From Balanoglossus misakiensis (lineage: Eukaryota; Animalia; Hemichordata): a DNA stretch of 64,000 nt. The DNA lies in assembly GCA_040954595.2 (NCBI GenBank), contig CM082596.2, forward strand, positions 5,282,791 to 5,346,790, written 5' to 3'. The position numbers and the translations under genes are program-made. Below, piece after piece: positions 48,810-64,000 of this stretch. Within the stretch, counting starts at the first letter, position 1, and each line of letters begins with the position of its first letter. The notes beneath the pieces are model-generated. The model saw only the letters and a list, made by a program, of their open reading frames with translations. It did not search any database and was not told where the DNA came from.

Positions 48810-51800
48810 TCACCACAATGGAGTAAATTCCATGTTTGAAAATCCAGGATCTTCCTTGAGCTTCCAGTATTTGTTGTTGGTCACCCAACATTCCTTGCCG
48901 TTGTCCGTGTCTTTCCTGCAAAGAAATAAGAAGGATCACTCATCAGTTTTCAGTCACGCATTGGGTTCTAGGACAGCTGATGTAAATGGCCAAATATTTG
49001 TTTAAGCACTGTATGAAACCTTCCAATGACGTCACACAGCAGGTCACCGGGGGGTCAGAGTGCAAAGGTTAAAACTATGCAAGATATATCATCTAATAAT
49101 GAGTTCAGCCACTCACTTGAAAAATAATGGTTCATGGGTGAGGTTCTCCTCTTCCCGTTTCTTCCGTCTATTTCTCTGTAGCATTTCTATTCTGGCCTTT
49201 TCCTTCTCGGCTGAATCTACGTTTCCTTCTTCCATCATTCTGTCGAAATAAACGAAACAGCAACATTACACTACAGTTGTGGTATAGCTCGATACTTCAG
49301 CTCGATACTTCAAGGATATAATCTGGGGGCTGCAAACACAGGTTACAACATAGACTCCATGAGTTTTTCATATGCGAAAGTGACTTCATGTGAAAGCCAC
49401 TGAAGATAATCAGCTTGTGCGAACACAATGACATCTTTCATGGCACTGGCCAAAAACATACATGACATGCTTTTGTATTGATTCAATCAATTTACCTCTG
49501 GTCCGTCCTAAACCGGGAATCGGTTGGCGGCAACAGGTGCTTTGTCGTGCTGTCAATTTCGTTCAACTCTGTCGCAAACCTGGTGAAACCATAGTAGAGA
49601 TCAAAGTCTTCTGGCATAGCACCTGCAAATCAAGGAGACAGAAATCAAGTTATTGATCCATACAGATGGTTGAAAGCATTTAGGTTGGATTTAATACTTG
49701 AGATGCCTGGTATATCACGAATTGCTGGAGTCCAACAGTGCATTGGGTGAAATATGATGGACCTAGACTGCGTGCTTGTACATCTATGTGTGCATCCATC
49801 CACCATCAAGAAGTATAGTGATATCACTTATATTCGACACACTGATCAAAAGTGATGCAAGTGTCAATGCCACAAGTCAAGGATGCAACGATGTGGAATT
49901 CAACATTCTTCATGATCATCATTGTCAAGACAAACATGTTTTGATGACAGATCTTGATTAACTCATACAAATGTAAGAATGCAGACCACCACTTCATATT
50001 TTTTTTCGTGAACCCACCTGGTCTCCATATACACTTGGCCGAGCCCGACACTCCACAATAAAGACCTTCAGTCCACTTGCCGAACAGATGGTGCACAACC
50101 TTGCCGCTGTCCGTAATACTGCCGTAGACTTCGTAACGCTTACTGCTGAAATAACTGGCCTGAAATTAACCACAAGCAGTGAACTTCAGCCTCTGTACAT
50201 CAAAAGGGTGACATACATTCTCAATCTCCACTCAAGGTCAACAGCATTGTACTTCAAAACACTGAACAAAAAAATATGTTTCATTAAGTTACAAAAGTTA
50301 CAGGTGCTATCCTTTCAAACTATGGCTACAAGTGTCTTACCTTAGCAAAGGTTAATTTACAACAGATGGCGCCATTCTTGATAATCATTTCCCCATACTG
50401 ATCCACCCAGCGTTGACCACTCAATATGTTATGTACACATGTGCTGACTTTGTTCCATCTATAGTGATCACCATATCTGGAATGCAATTAAAGATGAATG
50501 TAAGATTAAAATCACATTGTGAACATTCCACGGGATACTAGTGGAAAACAAGGAAGTACTAGGTGTCAGCTTTAAAAGTTCCAGTACTTGCATACAGAAT
50601 ACTGAGACTCAGAATATGATAACACTTACTTTGGTATTGTCAGATTGACAACACCCACTGGCTGAAATTCCATCGACTTGCCCCAGAACTTGGTTTTGAT
50701 TCGTACATCCTGCCACAGGCAATAGTTTTCACTTTCGCAATGACAGGCTGATATGGGTGGGTGATGGGAAACCTGTTCAGCGACAAATTTGAATCCTTTG
50801 TCGTCCCTGACTGCTTCGTACGTCTCCCCTAGCAACGGATTGAATGGTTTCTGCCCGGCACGGAATTGCGAGGCGGAGTACCCAGACACGGCGAAGGTGG
50901 CCACCAGAACCATTCGATCGTACGGGTTGTCAGACAGACATGCCTTGTCGATTAAATCACTGTACTCCATCTCCTCACATAAACGCTGAAAAAAAAAATA
51001 TTCGACAGTGTTTTCAAAATTACACACAGAAAAAAATCATCCTGTTTAATAATAGTGGGAATTAAGTTTCCTTATTCAAGATGCCATTGAAGTTCTGTCC
51101 ATCATTTTTATTGTGATAGTGTATTAGTTTGGGGAATTTCAGGGACCTATATACACTTTGTGTTCATGAGGTGCATTCTGCCTGTAACCCTTTCACCCCT
51201 GTTTCCTTCTATAGAGGTCCAACTTTACTGCAGAGAACAGTGGATTTGGACCAAACCATGGTGGTGAAATGGTTAATAGTAAATATGAGCAGAGAGACAG
51301 GTTAGCCAGGGTGATTAACATGATGGCTACACAGTTAAATGATATCTGATCCGACGTGACAATGGGAGATTCACCTGGAGCATGCTGAGCGGTTCATTCA
51401 ATGTGACCGGCATGGACACCTTGGATAAATCTTTGCCGATATTCTTCTTCAACAAATTCCACAGACTGAAATCCCCCGTGTCCGGTTTGGGAACCGGGAG
51501 TTTGCTCCGTCTCCCAGTCTGGGAATAGCTAGGCCGTGTCTCATTCTCCACAACTGAAAGTTTATCAAACACAAATTTGTCAGTCTTTTTTTTCTCTTGT
51601 ATTCAATATCGTTTGCTATCCATCGTCAAGACTGGTGCTTTCATAAGTAACTTACTATTAGTACATGAAAGACAAAGAGTGATAGCTGAGATCCAGTGTT
51701 ATCATTAGTATGTTAGGGATTACAACTGAAGTTAGTAACACTGAAATCCATTCTAAAATACACATAGTGTACAGTATACAAGCATTGTGCCATCAAAGGT

Positions 51801-54800
51801 ATGCAGAATGAACCAAAGTATCCTTCTTTGCAATGACTCAATTGGAGTGAAAATTCTGTCAAAATTCACACAAATCCCACAAAGAGCATACACATGTTTC
51901 ATATCACTTTTTATAGCTTACCACTGCTTGGACACTGGGACTGGATGTCCAGGGTTTCTTCTGAGTTGTCGTCTTCATCACTGAGCATGCTCGAGTCCAG
52001 TTCGTCTTCATCGGAAGGCTGCGTGGAATACAAGCAAAACACACTACATTTACTGTCAATGTCTCGTAAATGAAATCGGGGGGAACCTTAGCCTGCTCAA
52101 TAGCTGTGGTTATAGTTACATGATCAGGTGTGTACACGATGTTAAGTGGGCCAAAACATGGACTTATCTGCATTGTAGTGTTCAGTTTTCTGAATGCCTG
52201 TTCAAATATAGATCTTTATTATGTTTTTAAGATTTGAGACAGAGACACTCACTTCAGTGGATGAGCTGGATGCCAGGTACTCCTGTGCGTCAAAGAACTC
52301 CCCAACATCAGATACTGACATGGTTCTTTCGTGAGTTGTATCTCGTATCAACATAGGACTTGAAACTTTAACATCAGTCGGCTATGAATAAAACAAGAAT
52401 AAAGTTTAATACATACTGTGTTGGATATTCATGTTACGAATAAAAAAGGGCACACTTTATATTCAAGAGAAAAGTCATACTGCTGCATAACATTAAAAGG
52501 GGGAATAATAAAAGTGTCAGGGTTTGTTTGAGGTCATCTGTGTACGTAACTGTCTGCTAGTCTATTGCTCTATCTGCCTACCTGTCTCTGTCCTATTGTA
52601 CACTCTCATCATGTGTCCACCTCGGTCAAGATACATGTAAGATCTATTCAACCTTTACCATGCTGACATTTGATATATCTTGTACAATGTGTCTCACAAT
52701 ATCTCAAGGGCTTATCCCTTCATATGTTTGCCGTTTTCAGTGCAGTGGGTGTTGTGAGAATCATGACTGTGAGTTGAGTGAGTTGGTGAAATCACGACTG
52801 TTTACCTCGTCTAGATTTGCAACAGGTAGCATTGGTGTAGTGGAGAGGTCAGATTCTAGGAATACCCTCTGAAGCCTTCCTCGGAGATCAGTGTTTTGTG
52901 CGTATGCCTGCATCAAAGCAAATGACTGAGCATGAGTCATCTGGTCTATAGGAAAGTTTTTTCATTTACTTGGATTTTCATCACAAATATCAGAATTGCA
53001 ACTATCAGTGGTCCTGTTTTAAGTCTAGTGCTTGTGAGTAATGTCGATGTATAAACAGATTTGTGCTAGTAATGGGATTTGTGTGTTTGAAATCAGCAAT
53101 TTACTGCTAGATAGTTTTCAAACAATACTTGTGATCTTTGAATATAGCAAGACAGTGCCCATGATGATAACATGTGGCCCTGCATGTAAACTTCAATGCT
53201 GAAAAGCACCCCTGAATTCTTACCTGTTTAAGCTGACTTTGAAGTAAATGTATTTGCTTGTTTGCTGGTAGGAACTCCTGTTCCAAAGCCTGCTGCATCT
53301 TTTCTCGTTCCGACGTCATCGTGTGCAGCAAGCCGCGCATGTTTTTATGCACTGGGGACGGAAAGAAGATGTGAATGTGTTGAGCAAAATGTGGAGGTAA
53401 CACAACCCAGGTACATAAAACATTCGTCAGACGTGACAGGCAGCTGACATATGACGTTCAACGATAACAAGCAGTGTCGATCAAACTCTAACCAGGTCTA
53501 AATCATATTGATGTATGTCAATCACAGCGTTCAGTTTAGACACGTACCTTCATTTGCAGTGGTTATAAATTCCTCCCGGACTTTGTTCTCGTGTTCTTTC
53601 TGCTTGGCAGCGTTGCGGAAGAGTCGGTGGTTGGATCCCTCGTTCTTCTCCAGATCATCTATGTTGATATCCGGCAGATTCGGATTGGAAGCACTCAGTC
53701 GCATACTCTGTTCTGATGCTGATAACTGCAAAAAGAGAAATTAGAAACATTTATTTGACAATCTAATCTGAGTAGAACGATCCAGTTTCCTGCATTGTCA
53801 TAAATTCTCCAGGGATATTTTGTAAGCATCTTTTCAACACTCTAATGGTACTGATGAAGGTACAATGTTTTGGAACACAAAATCACACGAAGTTGCTCAA
53901 CAGAATTTGATGACTTGTCACAGTTTTTTCAGTCATTTCAATTCCTCAATGATTATGAAATTAGTTGATTCATTTTCAAACAACTCAATGTACATGTATG
54001 TGTGCATATCTTTGTTTTAGTAATGAGTACAATGGTATGATGTTAGTTAATATGCAATTGATCCTGAGAAATTCCATCCTAAACTTCTTCCTGCCAATGC
54101 TATGTTCTTATTTTTCAGTGAATGACTGACTCTAATTCCTGGCTCACATTATACCATACATTTTCATTTTGACACCGACCAAAGCCAGACCGCACACTGA
54201 CACACAAATTAATTTGATAATGGGAAAGAAATGTTCTTTCTCCTGGGAATGACTGGCCATGCTAACAGACTGTTTCTGGTTTGCGATAAAAAAAAAAAAA
54301 TCTCACTAGATGACTGGTTTGGTTAGACATACACAGTGCTGAGTCATTCACATCTAAGCTTAGAAACAAACGTGCAATGGACGAGATGCAAATATCACAA
54401 TTTAGTGTACAATCATGCCTATACACGTATCACTCTCAACATGTACCTTCTGAAGGGATCTTATCGTGGGGTAATAGAGTTGAAGCTGAACAAGAAGAAA
54501 GACATACGGACAAGGAATTAAAAATAACTCCAATTTTCGGCAATCACAATTAATCAGTGAGAATACATGTAATACTATTATCACTTATCTCCTAAGGAAT
54601 CCCTTGTTACATATTAATGAATATAGATATTAATGATGAGATTTATTATATTTATAGGGATTTTTTATTGTTTTCATAAACTGGGAAGAACACTGCAGTG
54701 TCAAAGTAATCATTCAAAAGCCTCTAATATGCAAAATATAATTGATTTTGAAAAATCAACCACCGATTAATTATGTTCGGCTAAGCTTGCAACATGAAAT

Positions 54801-57800
54801 GATAGGCAATCATTCTATTCATTGGATTTGAATGGAACTGTCATGATCTTTACACATCACATTTTGAGACACACTTTGGCTGTCATCTTTTTATAATCAA
54901 TATCACCTAAAATTTTCTATAGTAGAAGAATCATTTCACATCAATCTCATTGTCATAATATTACAATAACTGTCCTTCATTATCATGACTTACAGCTGTA
55001 CAACGATTTCTGTAATTGCAAGTGAACTGTGTTTGTCTAGATCAATATTTTTGTCTGTGATTTCATGGAAGAACCATCTTACCCTGTCAGGTGACGGTGG
55101 CATTTCAGGAATTTTCTTCTTCGCCTTGCCTTTTCCAAATGACAATCGTCGACTTTTCTTCGTAGATGCTGGAATATCGAGCTATGAATAGGAACAGAAA
55201 TCACTTGACTCAGCGGGGATTTGTGAAGAATTCTGCCACCCTACTAAATATTACTGCACGCAAATAAATACATCAAGAGCAAATCTTTCCAAACTGTTCA
55301 ATTCATACAACGATAAAATATGCAAATGCATTCAGAACATAATCACTACTGCAAATTTGTCATGCAGATTTCTGAGAAGCTCGGAGACCATTTTCAATTC
55401 CACATTTTAAAATTTAAGATACTTTTCTTATTGTAATCCACAATGCATCATGTCAATGCAGTGTTTCATTTAGTACACCACGGTATGTGGGAACTGCTTC
55501 CTCCCCCAATTTTCCTGAGGAGGAGGGGGGACTGTTGGGAGACTTGAAATCTAGCCACGACTCTATGCACAAAATGGCTGCAGTTTGCGCAGTGAATCCC
55601 ACCAACGTCAACGATGTACAATGTGACGTTTGCCGGCAGCTCGACATTCATCTGGCCTTACCTCGTCCAAGAGAGGCAGCTGCTGCAGTTCTTGTAGTAA
55701 ACTCGTCAAATGGAACACGCTGCTCTGTAATGCTGTTAACTCTGCAACAGGAAACAAACAGCCGCATGAGTGAATCAAGAACTCAAGCAAGAGACAAGAA
55801 ACAGCCCACACACACACAGCATGAACAGAATAAACACAATGGGTGATCTCTGATAAATCAGTACCAGTATGTGGGCGTGTGATATTTATCCAAGTCATTA
55901 TGAATATGGATGGAATGCAACTAGAAGATGATTATCATGTAATCAAGGCTTATTTCAAATACAGGCTGTGGGGTCATTCCATTTTGATAGTCCAAGCATT
56001 ACAATCTCCTGACTGACATAATTGTTGGGGACCAGCCCACTTCATTTTATGCAAGAAAAAAATACTAGTACCGGTATATATACCTTTATTGCACTGGTTT
56101 AAATTCGCAGTATCGCTCAGCCAAGCGGCGACCCTTTCCTGTCCCAGCGAAGTCTGACTCTGCAGCGTGGAACTCCTGGACCTGGAGGGGTCCTGTCGCA
56201 GTCCTGCGTGGATCTGCCGGCGCCTGGCCTCGGCTAGAAGCGGCGAGGAGAAGTAGTCAACGCTTGGCGATGCAATGTTGACCAGATTGGGCATGTCCTT
56301 CGAGCCGAACTGCAGTTGGTGCTGGCGGTAGAGGCGGTGGCTTCGCAGCTTGGCTATCCACTTATCAAAGGAGTCTTTTGTCTTCGCCTGTAACGACACA
56401 AATCAAATTAAAAGATTCATTTCGCTTTATTTGTAAAATTTCAATTAGTGACATAAATTTCATTCTTAGCTCAGTTCCTGTACTGTACAGTATGGGGGCA
56501 TATTTGCATAACAACAGGTGTAACTTAGACCTATTGAGTTTCTATTGTTGGAGAACAGGGGCCCCTATGTTTCATAAGAGCTGTGGGCAAAACAACTGAT
56601 TCTTGTAAGTGTCTACCGGTACTCTTAGGGGGTTACTGTACCTTGAGATGAAATATGGACTCTTCTGTGTCCAGGTCAATTCTTCGACTGTCCGACATTA
56701 TTGCCAGTACTGATAATCCCACATCAACACGACCATGCAATTTCCCCTTTGATATCTGCAATGCATATCAATGAGGAGCAATGAGAAATAGAAGAATTGA
56801 GTTTGTATTCAGTTTAGTTTATGGGGCAGTGATAAAGTAGGAAACAAAAGTGAGGGCGCCACCACTGTTTGAAATGTAAATCCTCGTTGCTCAAAAAAAA
56901 AAATAAACAGATTCAAAGACTTGCATCACAAAAGCCAATCAAGAAATTTCCATTACCCTATCATCTTAGCTTCTCTGTTATCAACAAATCTTTATCATTA
57001 GATCTGATAAATGCCAATGTTGCTATTTGTCACTGACAATAATAATATCCTAGCGGAGACAGCTTCTGCTGCTCTGAGATGATGCATTTCCTGACAGAGA
57101 TCAATGATGCCATAAAGTGTCTACAGCCATAACAACAACCTTTGTCATTTACACAAGCTCAGAAAAATCTCTCATGCTTTTGTATTTGCCAAACTTATCG
57201 GGGGCCATTTCACTACTTTAAAGTAAAATGCACCATGAAGAATATTTTTTCATGAAGGAGATTCTTTTAAACCTGCCAATTCTTTGCTATTTAAATTATT
57301 CTTGATGACAAAACTTTAATAATGACTGATACACAGCAATGCCCACTAGTTAAGGGAGTATAACAAGGTAGTAAAATTGACATACAATGAAGTAATATTA
57401 TCAAAATGTAAATAGCACCAAAGTTTCAAAATTTAGCTAAATACTTACATCTGAAGGCGTCTTGGCATACCTGAGTTCACCTTTATCAAGTATGAAATAT
57501 CTCTGAAAATTGAAAAAAAAAAAATCATCAGTCTGGAACAGCGCCCCCGTGTGGTGAAATTATACAATTCTATCACCTTCTGAACTGACCATCTTTGGAT
57601 AAATATAGTATATAGTTGCCAAATGTCTGAGACAAGCATCAATTATGGTTCATGGCACTTGGTTAAAGCGATCGCTTTAGAAATTAGTTATATGTGGAGC
57701 ACACTGCAGGCATCGCAAGGCAATTTTTTTATTTAAACAACCAATAAAATCTCATCAGGCCCTTGTTTGCCTACATCCAGCTGTCTCTGACTGCTGGATA

Positions 57801-58671
57801 TTTTCTTCATCTTTGAAGATGATTAAGATTCATACAGAATCAATGAAATGACCTTCGGAAATCTTCGACAGGAAATAAAGTATCCCAGTCAGTACGCACT
57901 TCAGAGCTCTTGTTGCAAGCGGGCCCTGAAAGCAGCCCTTTCAAGCAGCAAAATTACATTGTAAGTACTGCCACTTGAATGGTAGCTACAGATCGCATAC
58001 ACAATATCAGATTATTGAAGCAGCATATAAGCCTGTTATATCTACACCGATGGAGCTTTGCTGATATTTCAAATGTGGTGACCTTCACTGACAGAAAAGT
58101 GGGAGTCAGTAAACACTTGAGAAATTGTTAACTACTGTCTAATTGTCTTCGATTGTTTGTGTGTCTGTCTGTGTGTGTGTGTATCATGTATGTACATGTA
58201 TATCTGTCAGTCTGTCTGTCTTTGATTGTGTGTAGGTGTGCCTGTATTTGATTGTGTTTATCTGTGTGTCTGTCTGTGTGTCTGTCTGTAGGTGTGCCTG
58301 TATTTGATTGTGTTTATCTGTGTGTCTGTCTGTGTGTCTGTCTGTCTGTCTGCGTGTGTGCATGTTTGTCTGTATCTGTCTACCTGATTGTCTCACATTG
58401 AGATATTCCCCTGCAATACACCCACCTTGTGCCAACCTTTCATCGGCCATTTTCTCTTCTTCATCAGGAACCCATCATATTTTCCCGGCTCCTTCTCATA
58501 CTTTTGTCCCTCTTTAAGTCCTTCCACAATCTCCCAGTTACTCCGATCCAGAGCGGCTGATGGGGGCTGTGAGCCCGACTGGTTTTCAGTCTCCACCAGA
58601 TTGGTCGGCGATTTCGACGAGTTGCTGGAAATTTCATTTCTGTTGACAGCTTCACTGTCCTCACAAAAACT
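48810..58671 (-). CDS. OSBPL6: Oxysterol-binding protein-related protein, ORP3/6/7 subfamily (PH + FFAT + ORD), about 18 exons; first coding exon possibly 62369-62322
   Basis: PH start [16 protein letters not shown]; [13 protein letters not shown]; FFAT EFFDAQE (52300-52280); [28 protein letters not shown]; [12 protein letters not shown]; ORD signature EQVSHHPP; [11 protein letters not shown]; C-terminus [19 protein letters not shown] (TGA 48812-48810). Likely co-orthologous to OSBPL3/6/7. Confidence 0.92.
51184..51276. mobile_element. piggyBac-like MITE, copy 3 (opposite orientation)
   Basis: TAACCCTTTCACCCC...TATAGAGGTC...TTTGGACCAAACCATGGTGGTGAAATGGTTAA is similar to the reverse complement of copies 1 and 2. 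Confidence 0.68.
58155..58381. repeat. TG/TGTC-rich simple repeat containing a 56-bp tandem duplication
   Basis: Two copies of TAGGTGTGCCTGTATTTGATTGTGTTTATCTGTGTGTCTGTCTGTGTGTCTGTCTG within a (TGTC)n/(TG)n tract. Confidence 0.8.
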
Positions 58672-61600
58672 CTGAAAACAAAAAACAGATACAGAATAAT
58701 GAGAAAGGGCAATCTTTGTTGCTTTTATATTTTTATATCGCTCAGGACTCCAATAGAAATCGGCCTGAATGCAAGTGACAGACATGCAGATTACTGACTT
58801 TTTAAAACCTTCCATCCTTCTTGATGTTCTAATACGTTTTTGGATAGTTAATTTTAAAGTAAAACCCTTGGTTTCCTACAATTCTCAAGAGAAACATTGA
58901 CTTCTCAATTGGCTGCCCACACATCATATTTCACTTGACAACTCTGTCATTTCTTCGCAGTGCATGTACGTCATCAAATTTTCTGAATCATTTCATGGTG
59001 CGGCATATTTCAGGAGTCAATTCAGAAATCCTGCATTTCGGTTCAGTATTCATCTTAATCACGTCGGCTCTACACGTATTCAACTCTTGCTATTCCTCTT
59101 TCATCAGAGTCGTGTTCAACAGCAAAGACGGGACACACGCACTCTGAGTCAGCCCCAGTTTTGTTGTAAAGGAGGCTTAAACATGGCATGCGCATGAATT
59201 CTGAAAGGCGTCGTTTCAATTTCCATGACAAATTGAACTGTACGTGTTACGTATGAATGTGGTTTCTGCACTGTGACAGGTTACAATCACAAATAAAGAT
59301 TACTTCATCTACTATCCTGACATAGTTCGTGACACTCTACATGCTGCATCTGTCACTTCACGTCAAACACGTTTAAAAAAAGCCTTGCGTGTACACTCAA
59401 GGAATGCAACACCTAATTTGCGTCAAATTGAAATGCGAGTAGACTCTCCTGTCGATAACCAATGACGGAAATGTACATTATGTAGCTGACAAAAGGTGTA
59501 AGGAAAGCGCTTTTTCTTCCTTTCCTGTTCTGTTACTTGTACAACTCTGGTGACAGCAACAAAGGGGCGCTACAATGTCATTTTGTCGCAGTGTCTATCA
59601 TTTACGCAAAGCATACAAACATGTAGTTTCTCTTGCTGTACACTCTGGTTCTGCTCTAGGCTAACAGCGAAATTAAGCCATATGAAGTCACTACAAAATA
59701 ACTCTGTAGTATAAATTAATTATTTTCTGAGTAAAGATAAAACATGTCTACCAGTATCTCGCTAATAATACAAGATGAAACACGTTTTCCTTATGGTGAT
59801 GAGTCTAACACCTAGATATATTTGGAGATAACATCATATTAGAGTAATTGCACTAACGGTACACTGATTTAAAAGACACATGCACTTTGGAGTTTTAGAC
59901 TCATGATATCTCACCTCTCTTATTTTTAACGCACTTCAGACTTTACAGACACAGACTAGCTGAAGATGAGATATTGGATAAGATTTGGATACCTGTATAA
60001 CCATTTTGCAAATGGCAAGGTAGTATCTGTTTTTACTTTGCAAGTAATATCTATGTCAGACATCCCCAGCTAAGAAGAGCAAGGTAGTCCTTCATTTCAT
60101 ACTTCATTTCCCTGCCGTTAATTTCATACAGTATATTGATATTGCACCCACACTGATGTTCAGGCTCTGAATTGGATGATATGCCAATAAGCGTTTTTTT
60201 TCTAAGGATTCTGTATTACAGATGTGAGTCCTATCCAACAGCCTGTTTGACATTCAAACCACGTCACCACTCAGAATTCCAATCACACACAAGATTCCTT
60301 TCGCTCCCCGAGCACAATGCCTCTGACCTACTTTCCAGGACAGCTCGCCTTTCCCTCTCATGAACTGCAGACATTCGTTTTTGCTCCAATCTCTGGTCTA
60401 TTTCAGTTTTATGAACCAGACTCCTGGGGGAAACACTTTGCAAAGTAACCGATAAGCATTTCACTTACATTTGCAGATAAAAAAACTACAGTGTCCAAAA
60501 TGCACTTTAAGATTTGCCTTTGTGCAGAAGCTTCACAACTGAATGCTTCAACAAAGTATTTTCAAGACTATATATTACTTTTATTTGACTTGATCCTTAG
60601 ATACTAGTATTCAGTTTTTGTGTCAGTTTCAAGAAATATTATTCATTCAAATTTATCTATTCCTATGAGATTACATTGAAAATTGCTAGATCACACAGTT
60701 CAAAATATTTGTAATTATTTCTCCCAAATAATTGCAAAAACAATCTGACATATTTCATAGCAAAATAAGAAATTATAGCAGCTTGATGTTGAGTGCATGG
60801 CCTGCCACTTTCAATTATTTTTAGCATTGATCCGCTGCATTGTAAAACTGTCATGCATGAGGAATTCTCTCTGCCATAATGAGGCATTTGTTGGATCGAT
60901 TGATGAGAATGACTGTTCAGGTTCCCTGCGCATTAGTGTTATTTACATCAACGAAATTAACTGAGACCTGACATTGGGCTAATGGTTCCTCCTTGGGAAT
61001 ATTATACCGGTACACTCGATCATACCTGATTCTGGGCTGACATAAATTTTGAGTTTTCTGACCTCTGACCACAGTTCAAAATAGCACAGAGTTGAATAAA
61101 CACCAAGCAGATTTAAAGGTATCCATCTCAATCCCTAGTTGAGACATTAGTGGATTAAGTGAATTGCTTGTTCACTGTCATCTTGTAAAAAAAGGTTACC
61201 TGTTTTAGGTCAACTCTGCGTCTGATTTTGATCAGATTAGAGCTGTCACTGCTACTGGTTATTCCAATGAAATGGACATATGTTATAGTGTTAAAAGGGC
61301 CATTGAAATGGACTTACGTTTATGTTATTGTGTTTAGTTTGGCAAATATGACAACAGCTTAGCAGCCATAGGAAACCTGAGAATATGAGAGCTCAACGTA
61401 AGAAGCCATGATGACAATTGCCTGGCAGCATAATATAAACATGACAGATGCTGGCCGACAGATCAATTTGTAATTGATGTCTTCCGCAGAAGCCTCCTTT
61501 GTTTGAACCTCTCTGGCTGCTCATATCCGTGCCAGCAGTGTCCTGTTACAATTATAATTGAAAACAAGTTCAAAGTCCTTTTAGATTCATCAATAATGAT

Positions 61601-62321
61601 AATTACAATTAGTTGAAAATTAATAAGATGTTGCTGATTGGGTGTCTCAGTGTAAATATTATAAAACTCTTATGTATGTAGCTGCTATTTATATTGATGT
61701 TAAAACTGCAAAAACAGGGAAATGTTGACTCTTCTCAATAATTATAGCTCAGCAGCCATTTTGTTCATAACAAATATACATGTATATAATCCATCGTCTA
61801 CATAACAGGATTTTGTATAAATAACTGTAATGCTCCATCTAAAAAATACTACATTTTCTATCACAGGTATTGTCTGGCATTTACTGTGAGCGAAATACAG
61901 CATTGTATTCGGGAGGCCTACAAGCTGACAATGGGTAGTTATATTTGTACAGAGGTGTACATGTACCTGGCATTAAAATCAAACAAACAAATCGGCAAGA
62001 CTATTACATCACAGCGTGTGTCCACAGTAAACAATGAGTTCACCTCAACAATCGGAGATGTAGGTAAAATACACGTCTGGATCTTTCTTAAATTGCCTGC
62101 GTGTATTTGTACAGGCTGAGTCCTTTTCATGCCTTCATTCCATGAGTCAAGCAGTCGAGCATGAGTCAGTATAGTCGTACCGACAGTTTACGGTGCAATG
62201 GGGCAACGTCCAACAACGATTACGATACGCTTTTACGAAGGTTGACGACCATAATCAGAGCTAGACCCCGGACTACGAATTACAGAAAGACACAAAAAGC
62301 CACACTGAGATCTGACAATAC

Positions 62322-62369
62322 CTTTCGCTGGGGCTGGGGCTTCTCGGCCTCTGCGCTCTGCGGCTCCAT
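62322..62369 (-). CDS. Candidate first coding exon of the OSBPL3/6/7 gene (MEPQSAEAEKPQPQRK)
   Basis: GCCATGG Kozak context and AAG|GTATTG donor in phase 0, matching the phase-0 acceptor at 58671. Confidence 0.4.
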
Positions 62370-64000
62370 GGCTTGCCTCACGCCGAACCTCTTAAACAGA
62401 CTGAGACACAGACATTTGAAATCCAACGGCAGAGTGTCATACTGTATGATGGTGCCGGTCGAGGGTCGATCCATGAGTTACCTATTGCCAGTGTAAATTA
62501 ACCCCGCGCTTCATTATACAACGGGCTCATTATCTCGATATATATATAACAATGCTATCTTCTCAAGGGGAGCAGCAATCGGCCGTCATCATCAGATTAC
62601 CATGGCAACGATTTATCCAGATCCCAAGCAGGGGTCCCAGCTGCAGCTAACTGTCCAGGTAGTGCAAAGACACTACAGCCACTTCGACCACACGCATGTA
62701 AAATCCCTGTGTAAAATCCAGGCAGCCAGCAGGACGAGTGCATCGGATGATTTTTAACAGATGCATCACGTGACTTAAATTACAAATCAGTGGCCCCAGG
62801 GAATTGAATCATATTGCAGTCGTGAGCTGCTGAGGTGTGCTCATGTGCTGATTACAGCTGCCTCAGTCTTACGACAAAATATGCAATTACATCCATTGAA
62901 TATCAATTGATGTCATATTCTCGTTACCTATACATTGCCCATTTCTTAATCAATAATTGAAGACATTGAGAGATGTAGGGAGTACTGAAAGATTGAGTGA
63001 CCACTGCACAAGTTTAAAAATATGACCTATATTATAATTTAACTAATTCACACTTTATATTTTCATCGGGCAATAGTGAAACTGCATTTGAATGTATATC
63101 TGTTGCATATGAAAATATCTTGAATACATGTATGCGTGACAGGAACACATGTATCCTAGCAGTGAAGACTGACTTCATCATCACCTCATATCATTATATG
63201 ACATAAATCCTGAGGCTATACACAGTGCTGAGAGCTGTCCCTGATTATGCTGATATCCCTTTCCTTGGTTTGACACATTCAGCTTCCTGCAGTAAATTTG
63301 TTTTTTATTCCTACACTTCAGAAGGAAATTTCTCATTATCATTCTAAGCTTGTATCTGTAATTCAGTCTGTCAGTGTTCAGCATGCAATGCACATCTGAC
63401 GAACAACAGACAGAATGTGTTAATTATACAAAAAATGTCAGTACTCCTGGCCTGCGCAGACTGTCTGCATTGTTCTGCATTGCAAGCATTTCCATGTAAA
63501 AGCTATCTTCCATTTGTCACCTGAGCCATTAGAGTCTTGTGAATTAATTTCTTTGATTCTGTTTCCAGCAGACGCATAAGGAACGCCGTGCTACAAGGCC
63601 TCCTGACTCTGTGCATGTGACTATTATCATTGTATTGATCACTGTTATCAATGAAGTAATTTAGGACACATATGGTCTGCAGTTGAATTCAATATTCAGT
63701 TCTTTTCATGAGTGTTTCTTGTTTTTTAGAGTTTGTGAAATATGCTTGTCAACCCGACTGGTGACATATAAGTAGGGAACTGATAGCAATTACCTTCTGC
63801 GTAGGAAGCCGTGATTGAGATTGAATTTTGATGACATAATAGATAAAGTGGCTGGATCTCCAATTTCATGAAATACGTTCCACTCAGTCAGTTTCCGTTG
63901 CTCTGGATAAGTATCCATTAAATATGTAGCATTCTATATCCATTTTTCACAGCCAAAACATTCGGCCAGGCAATATTGCCAACTTGGATAGTGTATGGAA

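Overview
Eukaryotic, intron-rich animal genomic DNA. Gene content and style suggest a marine invertebrate, possibly a deuterostome such as a hemichordate (inference). Eight protein-coding genes can be reconstructed by hand from splice sites: the 3' end of a BTB-BACK-Kelch gene (+), TMEM26 (+), a claudin/PMP22-family gene (-), INTS10 (-), a Mextli-like eIF4E-binding protein (-), a nicotinic acetylcholine receptor-like subunit lacking the loop-C vicinal cysteines (+), a small 5-exon secreted protein (-), and an OSBPL3/6/7-type oxysterol-binding protein (-). The best finding, barely visible in the ORF track, is the 5-exon gene at 43239-45570. It encodes signal peptide + hevein/chitin-binding type-1-like module + a bacterial type VI secretion Tae4-family peptidoglycan amidase with intact Cys/His motifs, i.e. 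an intronised, horizontally acquired antibacterial effector (dae4-like) fused to a glycan-binding domain, with immune-type motifs just upstream. Other points are a U12-type intron and a quadruplicated splice acceptor in INTS10, and several MITE families (PIF/Harbinger-, piggyBac-, Kolobok- and Academ-like). All family assignments come from recognised motifs; no searches were run.
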